From Candidatus Delongbacteria bacterium (GTDB lineage: Bacteria; UBA4055), in the NCBI GenBank assembly GCA_003252515.1, contig QKDR01000125.1, positions 30,272 through 94,271 of the forward strand: DNA of 64,000 nucleotides, in the 5' to 3' direction. The notes below the pieces were generated by a model, which saw only the letters and a list, made by a program, of their open reading frames with translations, ran no database searches and had not been told where the DNA came from. The position numbers were made by a program, and so were the translations under genes. The first letter of the stretch is position 1; every line of letters starts with the position of its first letter. This document shows positions 28,046-37,591 of this stretch, piece after piece.

Positions 28046-30034
28046 ATGAATACTTTAACAGTCGATTCGCTCGAACTGAAAGGTAAAAAGGTTCTGGTAA
28101 GGTGCGATTTTAACGTACCTCTGGACGATGATCTTAAAATAAGGGACGATAAAAGAATAGTCGATGCTCTGCCTACTATCAAGAAGGTGATAAAGGACGG
28201 CGGAAAACTGATACTCATGTCGCATTTCGGAAGACCTAAGGGGCAAGTTGTTCCGGAAATGAGCCTGAAACCAGTTGCAGAGAGACTCGGAGAACTGATA
28301 AAAAAGAAAGTTACTCTCACTCCGGACTGCATCGGAGAAGAGGTCAAAGCGATAGCTGACGGAATGAAAGACGGAGATGTAGTACTTCTTGAGAACCTCA
28401 GGTTCCATGCCGAGGAGGAAGCCGGTGACGAGGAATTCGCTGCGCAGCTTGCCGAACTTGGTGAAGTTTACCTTTCTGACGCATTCGGTGTCTGCCACAG
28501 GGCTCACGCTTCGGTATCGATCATAGCGAAATATTTTACTCAGGTGGCTTCCGGCTACCTTCTGCGGAACGAGATCGAGTACATCGGCGGAGCGATGAAG
28601 GATCCCAAACGGCCTCTGGCGACTATCCTCGCCGGGAACCTCGCCGGGAACAAGATATCATCAAAGATAGACGTTATAATGAAGCTTATTGATATTTCTG
28701 ATAAGATATTCATCGGCGGCGGAATAGCGAACACCATGCTGCTTGCTCAGGGCATTGAGGTCGGCAAGTCGCTCGTCGAGGCCGATAAGGTGGACGTGGC
28801 TCTGGAGATCCTGAAGAAAGCGAAGGAGAAGGGCACGAAGATACTGCTTCCTCCTGATATGCTGTGCGGAAAGGAATTCAAGAATGAGACCGAGCTGAAA
28901 TATTGTGACACGGACAAACAGGACAAAGAATGGATCGCGATGGGCATAGGTCCGAAAACAGTGCAGCAGTATAAAGATGAGCTTGCCGACTGCAAAACAG
29001 TAATCTGGAACGGCCCGATGTCGGTATTCGAGTTCCCGAACTTCGCCAAAGAAACATTCGAGATCGCACAGGTCATCGCGGATTACACGAAAGGTAGCGG
29101 TCTGATCTCGATCATCGGCGGAGGTGACACCGCGGCCGCTGTAAAAACGGCAGGTCTTGACGGACAGTATTCTCACATTTCGACAGGCGGCGGCGCGGCG
29201 ATGGAATATATGGAAGGCAAAAAACTTCCCGGCATTGCGTGTCTGAGCCCTAAGGGTTTCGACGGCAGGAGGAAATTCCTCATCGCCGGCAACTGGAAGA
29301 TGAACAAGACGCCCAGAGAGGCGATCAAATTCGCGAAAGAGCTAAAAAAGGCGATGCCGAACGACGACAATGTAGAGATAATGGCCGCGCCTGTGTTCAA
29401 TTCTATATATCCGGTTTATCAGGAACTCAAGAAGACCCATATCGATATCGGATCTCAGGATGTTTTCTGGGAAACTTCAGGCGCGTTCACCGGCGAAGTT
29501 CCTGCGAAGATGCTCAAGCTGACAGGTGTTAAATATTGTATAATCGGGCACAGCGAAAGACGCCAGTACTTCTGCGAGACCGATCAGACCGTAAACAAAA
29601 AGATCAGGGCGGTACTTAAAGAAGGTCTTGTGCCTGTCATCTGCGTCGGCGAAAAGCTAGAGCAGAGAGAAGCCGAGATCGAAAAAGATGTGGTAAAGGG
29701 ACAGATCAAAGGAGCGCTCTCCGGGATTGAAATTAAAGATAACCTTAATATAGTCATAGCCTATGAGCCGGTATGGGCAATAGGTACAGGCAAGACTGCA
29801 ACTCCGGAACAGGCTCAGGAAATGCACGAATATATCAGAGAGCTTCTGAAAGGGATCTACGGAGAGCTTTTCGCGGCTTCCACAAGGATACTTTACGGCG
29901 GTTCGCTCAATGCGGGGAACGCGAAAGACCTGCTCAGCCGTAAAGATATTGACGGTGGTCTGATCGGCGGGGCTTCTCTGAAGAAGGATGATTTCAAGGC
30001 CATTGCGGATATTGCCAGAGGTATAGAAAAGTGA
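28046..30034 (+). CDS. pgk-tpiA: Bifunctional phosphoglycerate kinase / triosephosphate isomerase fusion protein.
   Basis: The PGK N-terminus is KVLVRCDFNVPLDD and the PGK C-terminus is GGGAAMEYMEGKKLPGIACLS. After a short linker, the TIM domain follows (FLIAGNWKMNKT, IIGHSERR, AYEPVWAIGTGKTA). Confidence 0.9.
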   Translation: MNTLTVDSLELKGKKVLVRCDFNVPLDDDLKIRDDKRIVDALPTIKKVIKDGGKLILMSHFGRPKGQVVPEMSLKPVAERLGELIKKKVTLTPDCIGEEVKAIADGMKDGDVVLLENLRFHAEEEAGDEEFAAQLAELGEVYLSDAFGVCHRAHASVSIIAKYFTQVASGYLLRNEIEYIGGAMKDPKRPLATILAGNLAGNKISSKIDVIMKLIDISDKIFIGGGIANTMLLAQGIEVGKSLVEADKVDVALEILKKAKEKGTKILLPPDMLCGKEFKNETELKYCDTDKQDKEWIAMGIGPKTVQQYKDELADCKTVIWNGPMSVFEFPNFAKETFEIAQVIADYTKGSGLISIIGGGDTAAAVKTAGLDGQYSHISTGGGAAMEYMEGKKLPGIACLSPKGFDGRRKFLIAGNWKMNKTPREAIKFAKELKKAMPNDDNVEIMAAPVFNSIYPVYQELKKTHIDIGSQDVFWETSGAFTGEVPAKMLKLTGVKYCIIGHSERRQYFCETDQTVNKKIRAVLKEGLVPVICVGEKLEQREAEIEKDVVKGQIKGALSGIEIKDNLNIVIAYEPVWAIGTGKTATPEQAQEMHEYIRELLKGIYGELFAASTRILYGGSLNAGNAKDLLSRKDIDGGLIGGASLKKDDFKAIADIARGIEK

Positions 30035-31768
30035 TCAGTTGAATGACAGGTAACTTTCAATCCTGAATTTTATCTGTCTTTCTGACAATCTGTAATTTTC
30101 GATTTCAAGCCCGGAGAACAGGTAGAAATTCTTCTTACTGTATTCCATTCCGAGTTTCGGCCCGTGCGAAATATAAACCCTTTTCAGATCGTCTTTCGTG
30201 AAATCATCCTGATCAAAATCGTAGCTGTCTATCTCATAGTAGTAATACTCCGTTCTAAGCTGAAGATCCTTAAGGAGCATGTATAAAAAGGAAGCTGAGC
30301 TGTAATAATGATGCTTAAAGTTTACAGGATTTTCTGTAAAAGCATCATAATTAAAATTTCCGAACTCTTCATAAATGTATCTGGCAGACAGCTTAATTCC
30401 TGCGCGTTTAGAGAAACCGTATGAAACAGTGTCGGAAGCAGAATAATTCTTGATCACGAAACTGCTTGAGTAAGTGTCATCGTAATCGTAAGAACGATAA
30501 TATGACCTGAATCTGATATTCCCGGTCAGATACAGTTTTTCGTTAATGTCATATCTTATATCGGTATTGGACGCAATAGCTCTGTCTATGTAGTTATTGA
30601 TACTTCTCTGCGAAGATATATTGATCAGTCTGTAGTACTCCAGTGGGAAAGACTGAATAACTGTAAGAAAACCGTATCTGGAATATGCTGCTTCAGGAGT
30701 GATCATAAGTTTGATTATGTCCCTGTCCTCCAGATTCGATATAGTGAGAGATTTGTACTCGTGCTTGACGTATCTTCCCGAAAGAGTGAACCTGTAATCT
30801 GAATAACGGTAATTGAAGTGCGGAGATATAGCGAAATTGTAATAGGACAGTGATTTGTCATTCTCGTCGTAATCCACACTGAATTTATCGCTTCCCGTAT
30901 CGAAATCCAGTTTCAGGCTGCCTGAAAACCTGTCCCTGTCGTAAAAGATCTCATCGGATATTTTGAAATTCGAATTTGAATTGTACCCGATGTCCTCGCC
31001 GTCCCGATATGAATCCCTGTTTCTGGAATAGAAGCCTATGCCGCTTCTGTTTCTTATGTCATCTGACGCGATGTATAAAAATTCTGAAGACACATCGTAC
31101 TCATACCGTTTTATCCTGTATTCAGCGGATTGAAGATCCAGGAAATTGTACTGACTGATATTGCTTCTGCCATTAATCGAGAAATTCCCGAAGCCTTCTT
31201 CAAACCGTTTTGTATATGAAATAACCGAACCTGATCCGTAATTGAGATCGCTGTATGTGTCTTCTCCCTCGAACGTAGTACTCACCGACAGATTGTCATA
31301 CTTCTCGTTGTAAGAGTAAGTCCCGTCCACAACAATGGATTGTCCGGTTTTCTGGGATATGACGTCAGATTTCCCAACGTACCCGAATGCTGTCCTGATA
31401 TTTAATCCTTTGTCTTCGTATCCTATCATCGGAAGAATACTGATATTGCTTTGTGTCGGTCTTGTGACGGAACTGTTGGACATATAGTCGCTGGAAAGCA
31501 TTATCCCGTACTTCATGAACTTATGTTTTACTGAAATATCTCCATTTATCCCGAAATCGTTTTTAGCATAATCTTCATAATAGGTTTTTGAATTGTTTCC
31601 CGTAAGTATGATACAGCTGAGAGAATCGTTCTGAACGAAATTCAGACGCATGGAGAGTACATCGTAAGCACCGTAATCGGAGTATTCGAAATATACGCTG
31701 TCCCTGTCTTCGGTTCCGTAACACAAAAATAAGGTCATTACAACTGATAAAGCCAGCGCGCTTCTCAA
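30035..31768 (-). CDS. Putative outer-membrane beta-barrel protein of unknown function (Tyr/Ser/Asp-rich).
   Basis: A signal peptide, alternating aromatic strands and a terminal F. Its start overlaps the rlmN stop by 4 nt. Confidence 0.45.
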   Translation of the reverse strand: MRSALALSVVMTLFLCYGTEDRDSVYFEYSDYGAYDVLSMRLNFVQNDSLSCIILTGNNSKTYYEDYAKNDFGINGDISVKHKFMKYGIMLSSDYMSNSSVTRPTQSNISILPMIGYEDKGLNIRTAFGYVGKSDVISQKTGQSIVVDGTYSYNEKYDNLSVSTTFEGEDTYSDLNYGSGSVISYTKRFEEGFGNFSINGRSNISQYNFLDLQSAEYRIKRYEYDVSSEFLYIASDDIRNRSGIGFYSRNRDSYRDGEDIGYNSNSNFKISDEIFYDRDRFSGSLKLDFDTGSDKFSVDYDENDKSLSYYNFAISPHFNYRYSDYRFTLSGRYVKHEYKSLTISNLEDRDIIKLMITPEAAYSRYGFLTVIQSFPLEYYRLINISSQRSINNYIDRAIASNTDIRYDINEKLYLTGNIRFRSYYRSYDYDDTYSSSFVIKNYSASDTVSYGFSKRAGIKLSARYIYEEFGNFNYDAFTENPVNFKHHYYSSASFLYMLLKDLQLRTEYYYYEIDSYDFDQDDFTKDDLKRVYISHGPKLGMEYSKKNFYLFSGLEIENYRLSERQIKFRIESYLSFN

Positions 31769-32802
31769 TTCATAACCTCCGAAAGTCTTTCCGCGCTAAG
31801 CTGGCCGCAGGCCGCGGCAATATCCTCACCTCTGCTCGTTCTGAAAACCACCGGGAAATCCTCTCCTCTGAAGTAGTTGTAGAACCGTACGGACGATTCT
31901 TCGGTCAGAGGTCTGAATCTGTCATTTTCAGATCCGCGGTGAAATCTGATAAGGTTGAGTTTAGAAGGCAGTGTTCTGAGGAGTCTGATAAGTTCTGACG
32001 CATGTTTTTCTGTGTCGTTCACTCCTTTCATAAGTATATATTCGAAAACTACTTTTCTGTTTGATTTCTTTGCATAGCTTTTTAGTACCGGGAAAAGTTC
32101 TTTTAAAGAGTATTTTCTGTTTGCAGGCATTATAAGATCTCTTTCCGAATCGAAAGGATTATGGAGCGAGATCGCGAGCTTGTACCTGATATCTTCTTCA
32201 GTATATCGTTTTAAGCCGTCAATATGGCCGAAAGTCGAAATAGTTATCTTTCTTTTTCCGACAGCCAGGCCCGAATCATCAGAAATAATATCGGCGCTTT
32301 TAATTACTTCATCGTAATTATCGAAAGGTTCTCCCATCCCCATATAAACTATGTTAGTTATCTTTTTGCAGAGGAAGTCGGAGGCTGTCAATACCTGTCC
32401 TACTATCTCCGAAGCTGACAGGTTCCTCTTGAAACCGGCCTTCCCGGTAGCGCAGAACGCGCAGTTGAACCGGCATCCCGCCTGTGAAGATACGCAAAGG
32501 GTCAGTCTTTCTTTCTCGGGTATAATAACACACTCTATAAAATTCGAGTCATATAATTTAAGAAGAAGCTTTACTGTACCGTCGGAACTTTTCTGAGAGG
32601 TCTCGACCTTAAGCGGAATTGTTGAAAATCTTGAACTGAGATATGATCTTAGATCAGCCGGAAGGTCGCTCATAAGTGCAAAGTCGGTTACAGATTTTTT
32701 ATAGAGCCATGACCATAACTGCTTTGCGGAGTATTTCTTTCCGCCGGCGTCTTCCACTATTCCGCAGAGTTCTCCGTATCTGAAGCCGAGGATAGATTCC
32801 AT
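31765..32802 (-). CDS. rlmN: 23S rRNA (adenine2503-C2)-methyltransferase, radical SAM (RlmN/Cfr family).
   Basis: The CxxxCxxC radical-SAM motif reads VSSQAGCRFNCAFCATG. The family-typical C-terminal conserved Cys is present (GEDIAAACGQL). Confidence 0.85.
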   Translation of the reverse strand: MESILGFRYGELCGIVEDAGGKKYSAKQLWSWLYKKSVTDFALMSDLPADLRSYLSSRFSTIPLKVETSQKSSDGTVKLLLKLYDSNFIECVIIPEKERLTLCVSSQAGCRFNCAFCATGKAGFKRNLSASEIVGQVLTASDFLCKKITNIVYMGMGEPFDNYDEVIKSADIISDDSGLAVGKRKITISTFGHIDGLKRYTEEDIRYKLAISLHNPFDSERDLIMPANRKYSLKELFPVLKSYAKKSNRKVVFEYILMKGVNDTEKHASELIRLLRTLPSKLNLIRFHRGSENDRFRPLTEESSVRFYNYFRGEDFPVVFRTSRGEDIAAACGQLSAERLSEVMN

Positions 32803-32814
32803 CAGATTATGCCG

Positions 32815-33543
32815 CTACTTCTTTTTCTTGTTGCCGAGCATATCAACATCGACAAGTATCCTTCCGCAGCCTTCACAGATGTTGTAGTCGTCTTTCAGTT
32901 TTATCTTCTGCTGGAGCTGATACGGAATATGTATCTTACATCCGTTGCAGAGACCTTCTTCGGTAACGAAAGTAATGGCGATACCGTTCCTGATCTGCAT
33001 AATACGGTTATAGTGGTTAAGAAACGGAACTCTGATCGCTTGTTCAACTTTTGTCTTCTTTTTTAAAAGTTTATCAAGATTTTTCTGTGTGGATTTACTT
33101 ATCTCGTTTTTCTTCTTAAGCTCAGTTTTGATCTTTTTTTCAATTTTCAGGATGTTCTTGTCAATATTACTCAATTCGAATATGATAGTTTCGATCTCGT
33201 TAGTCAGTTCTACCACTTTCTCTTCGAATACTTCAACTGCTTTCTCAAGCTTTTTCACTTCTCTTTTTATATGTTCTTTTTTTGTTTTCTTGTCATTGTC
33301 AAGATCTATCTGTTTCTGATCAAGTATTCTTTTATGGTCCAGTATATCAGCTTCGTAAACCTCTTTATCCTCCTGGAGTTCACGCTGTTTTCTGATGAGC
33401 TTGACCCTTTTTATGGCTGATTCCTCGATCTCATGTTTCATTCTGGATATATGGTTTTCGGTATTTCTCTCTTCACTTGTAAGCTGGTAGATCTCATTAT
33501 CGATTATCTGCAGATCGACGAGCAGTTTAAGATCTTCGAACAT
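32815..33543 (-). CDS. Coiled-coil protein with C-terminal zinc ribbons (COG1579/DUF164-like).
   Basis: A long heptad-repeat region, then CNGCKIHIP...CEGCGRIL. Confidence 0.6.
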   Translation of the reverse strand: MFEDLKLLVDLQIIDNEIYQLTSEERNTENHISRMKHEIEESAIKRVKLIRKQRELQEDKEVYEADILDHKRILDQKQIDLDNDKKTKKEHIKREVKKLEKAVEVFEEKVVELTNEIETIIFELSNIDKNILKIEKKIKTELKKKNEISKSTQKNLDKLLKKKTKVEQAIRVPFLNHYNRIMQIRNGIAITFVTEEGLCNGCKIHIPYQLQQKIKLKDDYNICEGCGRILVDVDMLGNKKKK

Positions 33544-33553
33544 AATTAAACTC

Positions 33554-33964
33554 CTATATTTTAACTTTTTTTAATCCGAAAGGGAATTTCAGAAGCTCAG
33601 TGACAGATGAGTCAATCCTTTTTCCTTCAGTATTTGTCATGATCACAATGATGTCCGGAGCATAGTCGTATATAAGCTGGCGACATGCGCCGCAGGGTGA
33701 AACCGGTTCAGGAGAATCGGCTGTTATCAGTATCGCGGAGAATTTTCTTTCCCCTGAGCAAAGGGCTGAAGCGAGGGCATTTCTCTCGGCGCACATAGTC
33801 AAACCGTAAGAAGATGATTCAACATTGCATCCTGAGAAGATCTTGCCGTGTTCCGTGATTATCGCAGCGCCTACCTTAAAACCTGAATATGCTGCGCATG
33901 CGTTCTCTCTGACAGCAGACGCGGCGGAAAAGAGCCTGTCGAATATTTCGTCCGTTATCTTCAT
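33554..33964 (-). CDS. cdd: Cytidine deaminase.
   Basis: Zinc ligand motifs CAERNA and PCGACRQ. Confidence 0.85.
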   Translation of the reverse strand: MKITDEIFDRLFSAASAVRENACAAYSGFKVGAAIITEHGKIFSGCNVESSSYGLTMCAERNALASALCSGERKFSAILITADSPEPVSPCGACRQLIYDYAPDIIVIMTNTEGKRIDSSVTELLKFPFGLKKVKI

Positions 33965-35109
33965 CTCAAGATTCTCAGTTTCTGCCCGATCTTCAGTTCT
34001 GCTGTTTCTGTACCGGATGAAAGAACGATGATCTTGAGATCGTTGTCTTCGGCGATCTTTTTCCAGTCAGTTCTGAATTTGAACGCTATACTTTCTATGT
34101 TATCGTTAAACCTTACTTCATATACATCTTCCAGTATTTTGATCCCGCTCTCTGTATCGCCGGTGCTGCTGTCGGCGATCATATTTCTGTTCTTAAGTTC
34201 TGACAGCAGGCTGTCAGAATATCCGGCCGGAAGAAAGAGCTCCTGCGAAGTGTATTTGCTGATGCTGCCGCCCGTCTTATAACTGCCGAAATTTATATGA
34301 GGATTCAGTTTGTAAAGCTGCCTGTATGATAATCCTGTTATTTCGCTTATATCAGAGAATGGAAGGTCTTCGCTTCCAAGTATTATCGTGCAGGTCTCAT
34401 GGGCAGGTTTTTCTGCAGTGGACGGAATGCTGAACCCGTATTTGACTGGGTCGGACAGAATGAGCTTATAAATAAGTATTTTTTCAACATACAGTTCAGT
34501 TTCAGAATTTGAACGGGCTTCCCAAAAATCCAGGGCTTTCTGGTTGCCGATAGTAGTCTTTACATTGTAATCCCCGTTATTATATGCGGCGAGAACGAGC
34601 AGAGGGTCTTCAGGGAATAAGTCCGAAAGCATTCTCAGATGTTCGGAAGCGGCACGGGCAGCTTTTTCAGGGTGGTTTCTCTCATCAATAAAATTGTCGA
34701 CCCTCAATCCGTACATCTTCCCCGTAGCCGGCATAAGCTGCCAGAGACCTGAAGCCTGTGATTGCGAAAGAGCTCTGGGATTGAACTCGGACTCAACCGG
34801 TATAATATAAGCAAAATCCGGATCCAGTCCGAACTCCGCAAGTATTCTTTTGGCCGAAGGCAGATATTTATCCTGCTCATTTATGAGATTTTGAAAAAAA
34901 CCTCTGCGGTCGTGTACGAAAATATTGAACACTTTTTCAAGCCTTTCTCTGACGTCATATTTTTCAAGAGGGATGTATTTGCCTGCAAAACTGATCTTTT
35001 CAGGAAAAGAATAATTATCAGCGCAAAATACTTTCAGAGCAAGGAGAAGAAAGATTACTGATTTTATTGAGGATTTTACGATTTTACTTCTCCCTAGATT
35101 GTTAAACAA
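33961..35109 (-). CDS. Lytic murein transglycosylase (SLT domain) with a C-terminal LysM domain (MltD-like).
   Basis: SLT motif ESEFNPRALSQSQASGLWQLMP. LysM-like domains are present in the C-terminal region. Confidence 0.75.
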   Translation of the reverse strand: MFNNLGRSKIVKSSIKSVIFLLLALKVFCADNYSFPEKISFAGKYIPLEKYDVRERLEKVFNIFVHDRRGFFQNLINEQDKYLPSAKRILAEFGLDPDFAYIIPVESEFNPRALSQSQASGLWQLMPATGKMYGLRVDNFIDERNHPEKAARAASEHLRMLSDLFPEDPLLVLAAYNNGDYNVKTTIGNQKALDFWEARSNSETELYVEKILIYKLILSDPVKYGFSIPSTAEKPAHETCTIILGSEDLPFSDISEITGLSYRQLYKLNPHINFGSYKTGGSISKYTSQELFLPAGYSDSLLSELKNRNMIADSSTGDTESGIKILEDVYEVRFNDNIESIAFKFRTDWKKIAEDNDLKIIVLSSGTETAELKIGQKLRILR

Positions 35110-35214
35110 CCTCTAAATATAATAAAAATATGCTCCAAAACCAAATGAAATATAAGGACTTTCTTTTTAGCTGAAACTTATTTAAATTGTATGAAATATT
35201 CTGAAGGCGGATCC

Positions 35215-36072
35215 ATGAAATACGGAATTATTGACAACCTTAAGCCTGATCATAATAATGAGAACTTCAGATCGTTTTTTAATGATCTGAAAGCTACCGG
35301 ACTTGAGTTCTCTATCAATAAGATCAGTGATTATAACAAGGAATTTCTGTTCCCTGTCAGAGATAAAAAGCAGCTTATTGAAGATGCTGATGTAATTATT
35401 GTTCTGGGGGGGGACGGTTCCATGCTCGATACGGCGCATCATTCCGCAGAGCTCGGAAAGCCTTTCATAGGTGTTAATTACGGAAAACTCGGATTTTTAG
35501 CTGATGTCAAAGAGAATGAGATAGTTGACAGGATCAGAATGATAGAAAAGGGTGAATATTTCATAGAAGAAAGGATGATGTTGAACGCTTTCTGCGGAGA
35601 CAAGAAATTATGCGCGCTGAATGATGTCGTTCTTGACAGAGGATACTCGCAGAGAGTTCTCAAGATATCGGTCGATGTAGACGGTAAATTTTTCACAACC
35701 TATACTTCTGACGGGGTTATTATCTCCACGCCTACAGGATCGACCGCTTACAATATGTCAGCTCACGGTCCTATCCTCCAGCCCGGAGTACCCGGTCTGA
35801 TAATTACGGCCATGAACCCTCACGCTCTTGCAATGAGACCGATAGTCATACCTGACGGTGCGGTAGTTACTTTGACTGCGGAAAGCAGGAACAACGATAT
35901 GATACTCTCAACCGACGGGCAGGAAAGTATAAGCATAACATCATTCGCGAAGATCACAGTAAAAAAAGCTCCATATAAGGCTAAATTTATAAAATTTCAC
36001 GACAGCGATTATTACCATCTTCTCCGGGAAAAACTCGGATGGGGCGGGTTTAAGGAAAGAGTATCGAAGTAA
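35215..36072 (+). CDS. nadK: NAD+ kinase.
   Basis: Motifs GGDGSML and TPTGSTAYNMSAHGPI. An alternative upstream ATG exists at 35191. Confidence 0.85.
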   Translation: MKYGIIDNLKPDHNNENFRSFFNDLKATGLEFSINKISDYNKEFLFPVRDKKQLIEDADVIIVLGGDGSMLDTAHHSAELGKPFIGVNYGKLGFLADVKENEIVDRIRMIEKGEYFIEERMMLNAFCGDKKLCALNDVVLDRGYSQRVLKISVDVDGKFFTTYTSDGVIISTPTGSTAYNMSAHGPILQPGVPGLIITAMNPHALAMRPIVIPDGAVVTLTAESRNNDMILSTDGQESISITSFAKITVKKAPYKAKFIKFHDSDYYHLLREKLGWGGFKERVSK

Positions 36073-36138
36073 AAAATCCGCAAAATTTCAGTTGACAACT
36101 ATTTTGCTATTTGGTATATTTAGCGCTTGTCAAAAGAC

Positions 36139-36214
36139 GGGAGCTTAGCTCAGTCGGTAGAGCAACTGGCTGTTAACCAGTTTGTCGGGGGTTCGAGTCC
36201 CTCATCTCCCGCCA
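36139..36214 (+). tRNA. tRNA-Asn (anticodon GTT), with CCA encoded.
   Basis: It folds as a cloverleaf by hand: D-arm GCTC/GAGC, anticodon stem ACTGG/CCAGT with loop CTGTTAA, and T-arm GGGGG-TTCGAGT-CCCTC. One C:T mismatch falls at acceptor pair 6:67. Confidence 0.75.
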
Positions 36215-36355
36215 GAATTCTGCGGCTTTTTATTTTATTGACCGGAATATAAGAAGCGATTATATTGCAGTCTATGGAATAGTTAGAAGGAAATCGCAAA
36301 ACTTTCGAAAAGCTGATAAGAGATCTGATCTGTAAAGAGAAATAAGGGAAGGTAA

Positions 36356-36622
36356 ATGGAATTAACAACTCGTAGAGCAGAGTATAGTGATCATGATCAG
36401 TTAAGAAAACTCGTTCATGAAGTTCACAAACTACATGTTTCAAACAGGTCCGATGTTTATGCGGAAGTGGAGGATCCTTTTGCTTTTGACAGATTTCAAA
36501 GCCTTCTGGTAAACGAAAATACTAAAGCGTATGTCGTTAGTGTAGATCATGAGAACGCGATCGAGTTCTATGAGTCTCTGGGTATGAGAACAAAGAATAG
36601 ACGTATGGAACTTAAGCTGTAG
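36356..36622 (+). CDS. 88-aa GNAT-like remnant ORF (possibly truncated acetyltransferase).
   Basis: An RBS AAGGGAAGG is present. The C-terminal AIEFYESLGM resembles the GNAT motif, but no R/QxxGxG/A motif is present. Confidence 0.35.
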   Translation: MELTTRRAEYSDHDQLRKLVHEVHKLHVSNRSDVYAEVEDPFAFDRFQSLLVNENTKAYVVSVDHENAIEFYESLGMRTKNRRMELKL

Positions 36623-36675
36623 AATCGTTATTTAAATTGCAGCTTCTCTGCTATGAACCATTCTGCCGTAAACTG

Positions 36676-37590
36676 TCAGAATAAATTTTCTTTTATTTTT
36701 TTTATATTCTCAGGCTCGAACCATTTCATTTCAGGTATGCGTTTGAACCAGGTGATCTGGCGTTTTGCGAAGTGACGGGTGTTGGTCTGAATGAGCTTGA
36801 TCATGCGGTCTTTTGTTATATCTCCTTTCAGATATTCGACTACTTCTTTATAGCCGATCGTCTTTTTAAAACGTTTAAGCTCATAGCTGTATTTATTTAC
36901 TAAAGATTTCACTTCTTCGATCAGACCTGAATCAGCCATTTTCATAACTCTTGAGTTGATTTTCTCAAAGAGCTTTTCTCTTTCGATGTTGAGTCCGATG
37001 TAAACGGGCTGAAAGAACCTGTCAGGCCGGTGTTCTGAATGGAGCTCGGAAATTTTCCGTCCGGTGAAATGGAATATTTCAAGAGCGCGGTGTATGCGCT
37101 GTTTCTGGGCGGGTGGAGTTATGGCAGCGTATTCGGGATCGACTAGCTTGAGTTTCTGGTAACATTCTTCCAGAGGTGTACGCTCAAGGATCTTCCGGTA
37201 TTCGAACTTTTCCGAATCGTCGATACCGAGGTCTTCAAAGAAGCCGTGCACCGCGCTGTGGATGTAGAGCCCGCTCCCGCCGCAGATCAGAGCTTTCTTT
37301 CCTTCGGAGTAAAGCTTTGACAGGAGTTCTCTTACCTCGTTCCCGTACATATACGAATTGTATATCTCGTCGTCAGGCTCGACAGTGTCGATGAAATGGT
37401 GCGGCGCGAACTTCTGCTCCTCTTTCGTCGGCTTCGCCGTCCCGATGTCCATTCCGCGCACCATCTGGCGGGAGTCGGCGGAAATGATCTCATATCCGGA
37501 CTCACGGGCCAGTTTGAGCGCAACAGCGGACTTCCCGACGGCTGTCGGCCCGCATATAACGGGTATTTTAAGTTTCGACAGATCAGTCAT
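36676..37590 (-). CDS. miaA: tRNA dimethylallyltransferase.
   Basis: P-loop motif ICGPTAVGKSAVA and ADSRQMVRGMDIGTAKPT. Confidence 0.9.
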   Translation of the reverse strand: MTDLSKLKIPVICGPTAVGKSAVALKLARESGYEIISADSRQMVRGMDIGTAKPTKEEQKFAPHHFIDTVEPDDEIYNSYMYGNEVRELLSKLYSEGKKALICGGSGLYIHSAVHGFFEDLGIDDSEKFEYRKILERTPLEECYQKLKLVDPEYAAITPPAQKQRIHRALEIFHFTGRKISELHSEHRPDRFFQPVYIGLNIEREKLFEKINSRVMKMADSGLIEEVKSLVNKYSYELKRFKKTIGYKEVVEYLKGDITKDRMIKLIQTNTRHFAKRQITWFKRIPEMKWFEPENIKKIKENLF

Positions 37591-37591
37591 T

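Noticed and set aside
28055-29176. Several minus-strand ORFs (150, 171, 109, 63 aa) inside the pgk-tpi gene
   Set aside because: They are antisense to a strongly supported glycolytic gene. Their low-complexity translations are artefacts of a GC-richer coding region.
36150-36443. 97-aa minus-strand ORF
   Set aside because: It overlaps tRNA-Asn (36139..36214) on the opposite strand and the start of the GNAT-like ORF. There is no RBS. It is spurious.
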